A DNA stretch of 64,000 nucleotides from NCBI RefSeq assembly GCF_009914755.1, contig NC_060948.1. The stretch is one strand, 5' to 3'. The notes beneath the pieces are model-generated. The model had not been told where the DNA came from and did no database searches. It saw only the letters and a list, made by a program, of their open reading frames with translations. The position numbers were made by a program, and so were the translations under genes. The DNA comes from the human T2T-CHM13v2.0 reference genome, Homo sapiens. The number at the start of each line of letters is the position of its first letter. Within the stretch, counting starts at the first letter, position 1. Positions 1 to 10,736 of the stretch are shown in pieces.

Positions 1-170
1 TGCAATCGAATGGAATGGAATCGAACGGAATGGAATAAAATGGAAGAAAACTGGCAAGAAATGGAATCGAAATGAATGGAGTGTTAAGGAACGGACTCAA
101 AAGGAATTGAATGTAATAGAATGGAGTGGAGTGGACTCGAATATAATGGACTGGAATGGAATGAAATCAC
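1..170 (+). repeat. Partial unit (C-type tail)
   Basis: Carries the GTGTTAAGGAA allele otherwise seen only at the ends of C units (~10650, ~24730). Other units mostly have GTGTTATGGAA. Confidence 0.8.
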
Positions 171-1293
171 ATGGAATGGGAACGAATGGAATGGAATGGA
201 AAGGAATGGAATCGAATGGAAAGGAATCGAATGGAAGGGAATGAAATTGAATCAACAGGAATGGAAGGGAATAGAATAGACGGTAATGGAATGGACTCGA
301 ATAGAATGGACACGAATGCTCAAATTGAATGGACTCGAATGGAATGGAAATGAAAGGAATGTCATCGAATGCAATTCAATCGATTGGAATGAAATCGCAT
401 AGGATGGAGTGGAATCAAATGGAATTGAATCGAAAGGAAAAGAAGCGAATTGACTGAAATGAAATGGAATGGAATTGAATGGAAAGTAATGCAACGGAAT
501 AGAATGGATTGAAATTTCACGGAATGGAATCAAACTGAATGGAATCAAATCAATGGAATATAATCAAATGGAATGGAAAGGAATTGAATGGAGTAGATTG
601 TATTGGATGGGATTGGAATGAAATGTACTGGGAAGGACTCGAATTTCATGAAACGGAATGGAATGTATTAGAAAGGAATGGACTCGAATGGAATTGAATG
701 TCACGGAATGGCATCAAATGGAATGGCATCAATTGGAATGGAATCGAATGCAATGGAATGCTATGGAATGGAATGGAATGCATTGGAATGGAATGTCCTC
801 TAATGGAATGGATTCGAGTGGAATGGAATCGAATATAATGGAGTCTAATGAAATGGAATTGAAAGGAATGGGATCCAATACAATGGAATATACTGGAATG
901 TAATGTAATGAACTCGAATGTAATTGACTGGAATGGAATGTACATGAGTGGAATGTAATCGAATGGAAAGTAATCCAATGGAATAGAATCTAATGCAATA
1001 AAATCGACTCAAATAGAGTAGAATGTAATGGAATGGAGTGCAGTGCAATGGAATGGAATGGAATGGGATGGAATGGTATGGAATGGATAGTAATGGACTG
1101 GAGTGAAATGGACTGGAAAATAATGGACTCAAATTGAAAGGGCTCGAAAGGAATGGAGTCAAATGGAATGGTCTGGAATGGAATGAACACGAATGTAATG
1201 CAATCCAATAGAATGGAATCGAATGGCATGGAATATAAAGAAATGGAATCGAAGAGAATGGAAACAAATGGAATGGAATTGAATGGAATGGAA

Positions 1294-1447
1294 TTGAATG
1301 GAATGGGAACGAATGGAGTGAAATTGTATGCAGTAGAAGAGAATAGAATGGAATGCAAGCGAAAGGAAAGGAATGGATTGGAATGGAATGGAATTCATTG
1401 GAATGGAAGGGAATGTAGTGTAATGGACAGGCCTGGAATAAAGTGGA
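1294..1447. other. DYZ1 diagnostic segment (Y1.2/Y1.1-type primer sites flanking the per-unit HaeIII/StuI site)
   Basis: TTGAATGGAATGGGAACGAATGG at 1294-1316 and GGACAGGCCTGGAATAAAGTGGA at 1425-1447 (reverse complement TCCACTTTATTCCAGGCCTGTCC). Primer identity is from memory of DYZ1 sexing PCR and was not searched. Confidence 0.75.
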
Positions 1448-1803
1448 ATGCTACGGTCTCGAATGGAATAAAAATGTATGGAATGGAATGCAATGAAACG
1501 GAATCGAATGTCATAGAAGTAATGGAATGCAAAAAAATGGACTCCAAAATCATTGACTGGAAAGGCTGGGTGTCGAAAGGAATTTACTCCAATGGAATGG
1601 AATCGAATGGAATGGAAGTGAATAGAATCGAACTAAATCGAACGGAATGGAATTGATAGGAACGGAATGGAAAGGAATGCAATGATTTCGCATGGAATGG
1701 AATCGAATGGCATCGAATGGAATGGAATGGAATGCAATGGAATGGAATGTATTAAAATGTAATGAACTTTAATGGAATGTACTCGAATGGATTCGACTGG
1801 AAT

Positions 1804-1818
1804 GGAATGTTCTCGAAG
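1804..1818. promoter_or_regulatory. Consensus heat-shock element HSE1 (repeated in all 18 units)
   Basis: gGAAtgTTCtcGAAg matches nGAAnnTTCnnGAAn. Motif match only; binding is not shown. Confidence 0.55.
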
Positions 1819-2073
1819 TGAATGGACTCCAATGGAATGGATTCGAAAGGAATGGAATCTAATGGAATGGAATTAAATGGAAATGAATCAAATTGAATAG
1901 AACGGAATTGAATTGAATGGAATCGAATGCAATGGAATCTAATGAAACGGAAAGGAAAGGAATGGAATGGAATGGAATGGAATGGGCTGGAATGGAATGG
2001 AATCGAAACGAATGGAATGGAATCGAACTGAAGAGACTGGAATGGAATACACTGGAATGGAAGGGAATGTAAT

Positions 2074-2088
2074 GGAAGGTTCTCGAAA
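2074..2088. promoter_or_regulatory. Consensus heat-shock element HSE2 (intact in 14 of 18 units)
   Basis: gGAAggTTCtcGAAa; broken to TTCTCAAG in B-tail units. Confidence 0.5.
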
Positions 2089-3094
2089 AAAATGTAATTG
2101 AAAGGAATGGAATTGAGTGGAACGGAATAGAGTCGAATGGAATTCAATGGAATGGAATGGACTAGAGTGAAATGGAATCGAACCACAAGGAATGGACAGG
2201 AATAGAATGGTCTCGAATTGAATGGAATCGTATCGAATGGCATCAAACGGAATGGAATGGACAGCCACGGAATGGAATGCACTCGAATGCAATGGAGTCG
2301 AAACTAATGGACTGGAATAGAATGGACTCGACTGGTACGGACTCCAATGGAATGGAATCGAATGGAAGGGAATCGAACGGAATGGACTCGAAGGGAAAAG
2401 ACTGCAATGGAAAGGTCTCGAATGGAATGGAAATTAATGGAATGGAATGGAATCGAATGAAATGGAGTCAAAAGGAATGGAATCGAATGGCAAGAAATCG
2501 AATGTAATGGAATCGCAAGGAATTGATGTGAACGGAACGGAATGGAATGGAATCCAAAGGAATGGAATAGAATGGAATGGAATCGAATGGAAAGGACTCG
2601 AATGGAAATCACTCGAATAGAATGCAATTTAATAAAATAGGATCAAATGTAATGGAATGGAATGGAAAGGAATCGAAACGAAAGGAATGGAGACAGATGG
2701 AATGGAATGGAACAGAGAGCAATGGTATAGAATGGAATGGAATCATCTGGAATGGAATTGAATGGAATGGAATAACATGAAATGGACTGGAATGGAATGG
2801 AATGCCCTTGAATTAAATGGACTGGAATGGAATGGACTCGAACAGAGTGGAATGGAAAGTGTTGAAATAGAATGGAATGGACTCGTTTGGAATGGTCTAG
2901 TATGCAATGCAATCGACTGGCAGGGAATCAAAAGGAATGTAATCGAATGGATTGGACTGGAATGCAATGGACTTGAATAGATTGGAAACGGAATGCAAAG
3001 GAATGGAATGGAATAGTATGGAATGGAATGGAAAGGAATGGAGTGGAATAGACTAGAGTGGAATGGAATGGACTCGAAAGCAATGGACTGGAAT

Positions 3095-3109
3095 GGAACT
3101 TTCTTGAAT
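3095..3109. promoter_or_regulatory. Consensus heat-shock element HSE3 (all 18 units)
   Basis: gGAActTTCttGAAt. Confidence 0.55.
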
Positions 3110-3244
3110 GGACTGGAATCAAACGGAATGGAATGCAATGCAATCAAATGGCATGGAATAAAATAGAATGAAAGAGAATCAAATGGAATTGAATCGAATG
3201 GAATCGAATGGATTGGAAAGGAATAGAATGGAATGGAACGGAAT

Positions 3245-3251
3245 TGACTCA
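3245..3251. promoter_or_regulatory. AP-1 consensus site TGACTCA (once per unit, lost in unit 17)
   Basis: GAATTGACTCAAATGG; motif match only. Confidence 0.3.
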
Positions 3252-3668
3252 AATGGAATGGACTAGAATGGAATGGATTCGAATGGAAGGCAAATGAATG
3301 GAATCTATTGGAATGGACTGTAATGGAATGGAATGGAAGGGATTGGAATGGACTCGAATGGAATGGACTGCAATAGAAAGGATTCGAATGGAATGAAAAA
3401 GAATTGAATGGAATAGAACAGAATGGAATCAAATCGAATGAAATGGAATGGAAGAGAAAGGAATGGAATGAAATGGAATGGAAAGGATTCGAATGGAATG
3501 CAATCGAATGGAATGGAATCGAACGGAATGGAATAAAATGGAAGAAAACTGGCAAGAAATGGAATCGAAATGAATGGAGTGTTATGGAACGGACTCAAAA
3601 GGAATTGAATGTAATAGAATGGAGTGGAGTGGACTCGAATATAATGGACTGGAATGGAATGAAATCAC

Positions 3669-6600
3669 ATGGAATGGGAACGAATGGAATGGAATGGAAA
3701 GGAATGGAATCGAATGGAAAGGAATCGAATGGAAGGGAATGAAATTGAATCAACAGGAATGGAAAGGAGTAGAATAGACGGTAATGGAATGGGCTCGAAT
3801 AGAATGGACACGAATGCTCAAATTAAATGGACTCGAATGGAATGGAAACGAAAGGAATGTCATCGAATGGAATTGAATCGATTGGAATGAAATCACATAG
3901 AATGGAGTGGAATCAAATGGAATTGAATCGAAAGGAAAGGAAGCGAATGGACTGAAATGAAATGGAATGGAATTGAATGGAAATTAATGCAATGGAATAG
4001 AATGGAAAGAAATTTCACGGAATGGAATCAAACTGAATGGAATCAAATCAATGGAATGTAATCAAATGGAATGGAAAGGAATTGAATGGAGTAGATTGGA
4101 TTGGATAGGATTGGAATGAAATGTACTGGAAAGGACTCGAATTTCATGAAACAGAATGGAATGAATTAGAACGGAATGGACTCGAATGGAATGGAATATC
4201 ACGGAATGGCATCAAATGGAATGGCATCAATTGGAATGGAATCGAATGCAATGGAATGCTATGGAATGGAATGGAATGCATTGGAATGGAATGTCCTCTA
4301 ATGGAATGGATTCGAGTGGAATGGAATCGAATATAATGGAGTCTAATGAAATGGAATTGAAAGGAATGGGATCCAATACAATGGAATATACTGGAATGTA
4401 ATGTAATGAACTCGAATGTAATTGACTGGAATGGAATGTACATGAATGGAATGTAATCGAATGGAAAGTAATCCAATGGAATAGAATCTAATGCAATAAA
4501 ATCGACTCAAGTAGAGTAGAATATAATGGAATGGAGTGCAGTGCAATGGAATGGAATGGAATGGAATGCAATGGAATGGAATGGAATGGAATGGAATGGA
4601 ATGGGATGGAATGGTATGGAATGGATAGTAATGGACTGGAGTGAAATGGACTGGAAAGGAATGGACTCAAATTGAAAGGGCTCGAAAGGAATGGAGTCAA
4701 ATGGAATGGTCTGGAATGGAATGAACACGAATGTAATGCAATCCAATAGAATGGAATCGAATGGCATGGAATGTAAAGAAATGGAATCGAAGAGAATGGA
4801 AACAAATGGAATGGAATTGAATGGAATGGAATTGAATGGAATGGGAACGAATGGAGTGAAATTGTATGCAGTAGAAGAGAATAGAATGGAATGCAAGCGA
4901 AAGGAAAGGAATGGATTGGAATGGAATGGAATTCATTGGAATGGAAGGGAATGTAGTGTAATGGACAGGCCTGGAATAAAGTGGAATGCTACGGTCTCGA
5001 ATGGAATAAAAATGTATGGAATGGAATGCAATGAAACGGAATCGAATGTCATAGAATGTAATGGAATGCAAAAAAATGGAATCCAAAATCATTGACTGGA
5101 AAGGCTGGGTGTCGAAAGGAATTGACTCCAATGGAATGGAATCGAATGGCATGGAAGTGAATAGAATGGAACTAAATCGAATGGAATGGAATTGATAGGA
5201 ACGGAATGGAAAGGAATGCAATGATTTGGCATGGAATGGAATCGAATGGCATCGAATGGAATGGAATGGAATGCAATGGAATGGAATGTATTAGAATGTA
5301 ATGAACTTTAATGGAATGTACTCGAATGGATTCGACTGGAATGGAATGTTCTCGAAGTGAATGGACTCCAATGGAATGGATTCGAAAGGAATGGAATCTA
5401 ATGGAATGGAATTAAATGGAAATGAATCAAATTGAATAGAACGGAATTGAATTGAATGGAATCGAATGCAATGGAATCTAATGAAAAGGAAAGGAAAGGA
5501 ATGGAATGGATTGGAATGGAATGGGCTGGAATGGAATGGAATCGAAACGAATGGAATGGAATCGAACTGAAGAGACTGGAATGGAATGCACTGGAATGGA
5601 AGGGAATGTAATGGAAGGTTCTCAAGAAAAATGGAATCGAAAGGAATGGAATTGAATGGAACGGAATAGAGTCGAATGGAATTCAATGGAATGGAATGGA
5701 CTAGAGTGAAATGGAATCGAACCACAAGGAATGGACAGGAATAGAATGGTCTCGAATTGAATGGAATCGTATGGAATGGCATCAAACGGAATGGAATGGA
5801 CAGCCACGGAATGGAATGCACTCGAATGCAATGGAGTCGACACTAACGGAGTGGAATAGAATGGACTCGACTGGTACGGACTCCAATGGAATGGAATCGA
5901 ATGGAAGGGTATCGAACGGAATGGACTCGAAGGGAAAAGACTGCAATGGAAAGGTCTCGAATGGAATGGAAATTAATGGAATGGAATGGAATCGAATGAA
6001 ATGGAGTCAAAAGGAATGGAATCGAATGGCAAGAAATCGAATGTAATGGAATCGCAAGGAATTGAAGTGAACGGAACGGAATGCAATGGAATCCAAAGGA
6101 ATGGAATAGAATGGAATGGAATCGAATGGAAAGGACTCGAATGGAAATCACTCGAATAGAATGCAATTTAATAAAATAGGATCAAATGTAATGGAATGGA
6201 ATGGAAAGGAATCGAAACGAAAGGAATGGAGACAGATGGAATGGAATGGAACAGAGAGCAATGGTATAGAATGGAATGGAATCATCTGGAATGGAATTGA
6301 ATGGAATGGAATAATATGAAATGGAATGGAATGGAATGGAATGCCCTTGAATTAAATGGACTGGAATGGAATGGACTCGAACAGAGTGGAATGGAAAGTG
6401 TTGAAATAGAATGGAATGGACTCGTTTGGAATGGTCTAGTATGCAATGCAATCGACTGGCAGGGAATCAAAAGGAATGTAATCGAATGGATTGGACTGGA
6501 ATGCAATGGACTCGAATAGATTGGAAACGGAAAGCAAAGGAATGGAATGGAATAGTATGGAATGGAATGGAAAGGAATGGAGTGGAATAGACTAGAGTGG

Positions 6601-7207
6601 AATGGAATGGACTGGAAAGCAATGGACTGGAATGGAACTTTCTTGAATGGACTGGAATCAAACGGAATGGAATGCAATGCAATCAAATGGCATGGAATAA
6701 AATAGAATGAAAGAGAATCAAATGGAATTGAATCGAATGGAATCGAATGGATTGGAAAGGAATAGAATGGAATGGAACGGAATTGACTCAAATGGAATGG
6801 ACTAGAATGGAATGGATTCGAATGGAAGGCAAAGGAATGGAATCTATTGGAATGGACTGTAATGGAATGGAATGGAAGGGATTGGAATGGACTCGAATGG
6901 AATGGACTGCAATAGAAAGGATTCGAATGGAATGAAAAAGAATTGAATGGAATAGAACAGAATGGAATCAAATCGAATGAAATGGAATGGAAGAGAAAGG
7001 AATGGAATGAAATGGAATGGAAAGGATTCGAATGGAATGCAATCGAATGGAATGGAATCGAACGGAATGGAATAAAATGGAAGAAAACTGGCAAGAAATG
7101 GAATCGAAATGAATGGAGTGTTATGGAACGGACTCAAAAGGAATTGAATGTAATAGAATGGAGTGGAGTGGACTCGAATATAATGGACTGGAATGGAATG
7201 AAATCAC
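3669..7207 (+). repeat. Unit 2, type B (3539 bp)
   Basis: B markers: GGGCTCGAAT, TCAAGTAGAG, TCTCAAGAAAA, GTCGACACTAACGGAG, AGGGTATCG, TTGAAGTGAA, BamHI at 4369. Confidence 0.85.
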
Positions 7208-10200
7208 ATGGAATGGGAACGAATGGAATGGAATGGAAAGGAATGGAATCGAATGGAAAGGAATCGAATGGAAGGGAATGAAATTGAATCAACAGGAATG
7301 GAAGGGAGTAGAATAGACGGTAATGGAATGGACTCGAATAGAATGGACACGAATGCTCAAATTGAATGGACTCGAATGGAATGGAAACGAAAGGAATGTC
7401 ATCGAATGGAATTGAATCGATTGGAATGAAATCGCATAGAATGGAGTGGAATCAAATGGAATTGAATCGAAAGGAAAGGAAGCGAATGGACTGAAATGAA
7501 ATGGAATGGAATTGAATGGAAAGTAATGCAATGGAATAGAATGGAACGAAATTTCACGGAATGGAATCAAACTGAATGGAATCAAATCAATGGAATATAA
7601 TCAAATGGAATGGAAAGGAATTGAATGGAGTAGATTGGATTGGATGGGATTGGAATGAAATGTACTGGAAAGGACTCGAAATTCATGAAACGGAATGGAA
7701 TGAACTGGAACGGAATGGACTCGAATGGAATGGAATGTCATGGAATGGCATCAAATGGAATGGAATCGAATGCGATGGAATGCTATGGAAAGGAATGGAA
7801 TGCATTGGAATGGAATGTCCTCTAATGGAATGTATTCGAGTGGAATGGAATCGAATATAATGGAGTCTAATGAAATAGAATTGAAAGGAATGGGACCGAA
7901 TACAATGGAATAAACTGGTATGTAATGTAATGAACTCGAATGTAATTGACTGGAATGGAATGTACATGAATGGAATGTAATCGAATGGAAAGCAATCCAA
8001 TGGAATAGAATCTAATGCAATAAAATCGACTCAAATAGAGTAGAATGTAATGGAATGGAGTGCAGTGCAATGGAATGGAATGGAATGCAACGGAATGGAA
8101 TGGAATGGAATGGAATGGGATGGAATGGTATGGAATGGATAGTAATGGACTGGAGTGAAATGGACTGGAAAAGAATGGACTCAAATTGAAAGGGCTCGAA
8201 AGGAATGGAGTCAAATGGAATGGTCTGGAATGGAATGAACACGAATGTAATGCAATCCAATAGAATGGAATCGAATGGCATGGAATATAAAGAAATGGAA
8301 TCGAAGAGAATGGAAACAAATGGAATGGAATTGAATGGAATGGAATTGAATGGAATGGGAACGAATGGAGTGAAATTGTATGCAGTAGAAGAGAATAGAA
8401 TGGAATGCAAGCGAAAGGAAAGGAATGGATTGGAATGGAATGGAATTCATTGGAATGGAAGGGAATGTAGTGTAATGGACAGGCCTGGAATAAAGTGGAA
8501 TGCTACGGTCTCGAATGGAATAAAAATGTATGGAATGGAATGCAATGAAACGGAATCGAATGTCATAGAATGTAATGGAATGCAAAAAAATGGACTCCAA
8601 AATCATTGACTGGAAAGGCTGGGTGTCGAAAGGAATTGACTCCAATGGAATGGAATCGAATGGAATGGAAGTGAATAGAATCGAACTAAATCGAATGGAA
8701 TGGAATTGATAGGAACGGAATGGAAAGGAATGCAATGATTTGGCATGGAATGGAATCGAAAGGCATCGAATGGAATGGAATGGAATGCAATGGAATGGAA
8801 TGTATTAGAATGTAATGAACATTAATGGAAAGTACTCGAATGGATTCGACTGGAATGGAATGTTCTGGAAGTGAATGGACTCCAATGGAATGGATTCGAA
8901 AGGAATGGAATCGAACGGAATGGAATTAAACGGAAATGAATCAAATAGAATAGAACGGAATTGAATTGAATGGAATCGAATGCAATGGAATCTAATGAAA
9001 CGGAAAGGAATGGAATGGAATGGGCTGGAATGGAATGGAATCGAAACGAATGGAATGGAATCGAACTGAAGAGACTGGAATGGAATGCACTGGAATGGAA
9101 GGGAATGTAATGGAAGGTTCTCGAAAAAAATGGAATCGAAAGGAATGGAATTGAATGGAACGGAATAGAGTCGAATGGAATTCAATGGAATGGAATGGAC
9201 TAGAGTGAAATGGAATCGAACCACAAGGAATGGACAGGAATAGAATGGTCTCGAATTGAATGGAATCGTATGGAATGGCATCAAACGGAATGGAATGGAC
9301 GGCCACGGAATGGAATGCACTCGAATGCAATGGAGTCGAAACTAATGGACTGGAATAGAATGGACTCGACTGGTACGGACTCCAATGGAATGGAATCGAA
9401 TGGAAGGGAATCGAACGGAAGGGAATCGAACGGAATGGACTCGAAGGGAAAAGACTGCAATGGAAAGGTCTCGAATGGAATGGAAATTAATGGAATGGAA
9501 TGGAATCGAATGAAATGGAGTCAAAAGGAATGGAATCGAATGGCAAGAAATCGAATGTAATGGAATCGCAAGGAATTGATGTGAACGGAACGGAATGGAA
9601 TGGAATCCAAAGGAATGGAATAGAATGGAATGGAATCGAATGGAAAGGACTCGAATGGAAATCACTCGAATAGAATGCAATTTAATAAAATAGGATCAAA
9701 TGTAATGGAATGGAATGGAAAGGAATCGAAACGAAAGGAATGGAGACAGATGGAATGGAATGGAACAGAGAGCAATGGTATAGAATGGAATGGAATCATC
9801 TGGAATGGAATTGAATGGAATGGAATAATATGAAATGGAATGGAATGGAATGGAATGTCCTTGAATTAAATGGACTGGAATGGAATGGACTCGAAGAGAG
9901 TGGAATGGAAAGTGTTGAAATAGCATGGAATGGACTCGTTTGGAATGGTGTAGTATGCAATGCAATCGACTGGCAGGGAATCAAAAGGAATGTAATCGAA
10001 TGGATTGGACTGGAATGCAATGGACTCGAATAGATTGGAAACGGAATGCAAAGGAATGGAATGGAATAGTATGGAATGGAATGGAAAGGAATGGAGTGGA
10101 ATAGACTAGAGTGGAATGGAATGGACTCGAAAGCAATGGACTGGAATGGAACTTTCTTGAATGGACTGGAATCAAACGGAATGGAATGCAATGCAATCAA

Positions 10201-10736
10201 ATGGCATGGAATAAAATAGAATGAAAGAGAATCAAACGGAATTGAATCGAATGGAATCGAATGGATTGGAAAGGAATAGAATGGAATGGAATGGAATTGA
10301 CTCAAATGGAATGGACTAGAATGGAATGGATTCGAAAGGAAGGCAAAGGAATGGAATCTATTGGAATGGACTGTAATGGAATGGAATGGAAGGGATTGGA
10401 ATGGACTCGAATGGAATGGACTGCAATAGAAAGGATTCGAATGGAATGAAAAAGAATTGAATGGAATAGAACAGAATGGAATCAAACCTCATGAAATAGA
10501 ATGGAATAGAAAGGAATGGAATGAAATCGAATGGAAAGGATTCGAATGGAATGCAATCGAATGGAATGCAATCGAATGGAATGGAATCGAACGGAATGGA
10601 ATAAAATGGAAGAAAACTGGCAAGAAATGGAATCGAAATGAATGGAGTGTTAAGGAACGGACTCAAAAGGAATTGAATGTAATAGAATGGAGTGGAGTGG
10701 ACTCGAATATAATGGACTGGAATGGAATGAAATCAC
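7208..10736 (+). repeat. Unit 3, type C (3529 bp)
   Basis: C markers: GAACATTAATGGAAAGTAC, GGACGGCCAC (extra HaeIII at 9301), 15-bp GGAAGGGAATCGAAC duplication, AAACCTCATG, GTTAAGG. Confidence 0.85.

Larger units (their letters stand above)
171..3668 (+). repeat. Unit 1, type A (3498 bp; unit phase set arbitrarily at the recurring MEWERMEW pseudo-ORF start)
   Basis: A markers: CATAGAAGTAAT 1-bp deletion, ATTTACTCC, ATTTCGCAT, ATTAAAATGT, short 4-pentamer tract, BamHI at 871. Confidence 0.85.

Noticed and set aside
1560-1575. G-quadruplex at GGCTGGGTGTCG or across GGAAT runs
   Set aside because: No cluster of four G3 tracts. Non-B structures of (GGAAT)n are generic to the family and not specific to this window.
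2626-2640. AATAAA poly(A) signals or TATA-like TTTAATAAAA
   Set aside because: Easily derived from GGAAT variants, occurs several times per unit, and has no supporting transcript context in the sequence.
171-3668. A ~1.8 kb half-unit as in some other HSat2/3 families
   Set aside because: Distinctive landmarks occur only once per 3.5 kb. An ancient dimer cannot be excluded without computation.
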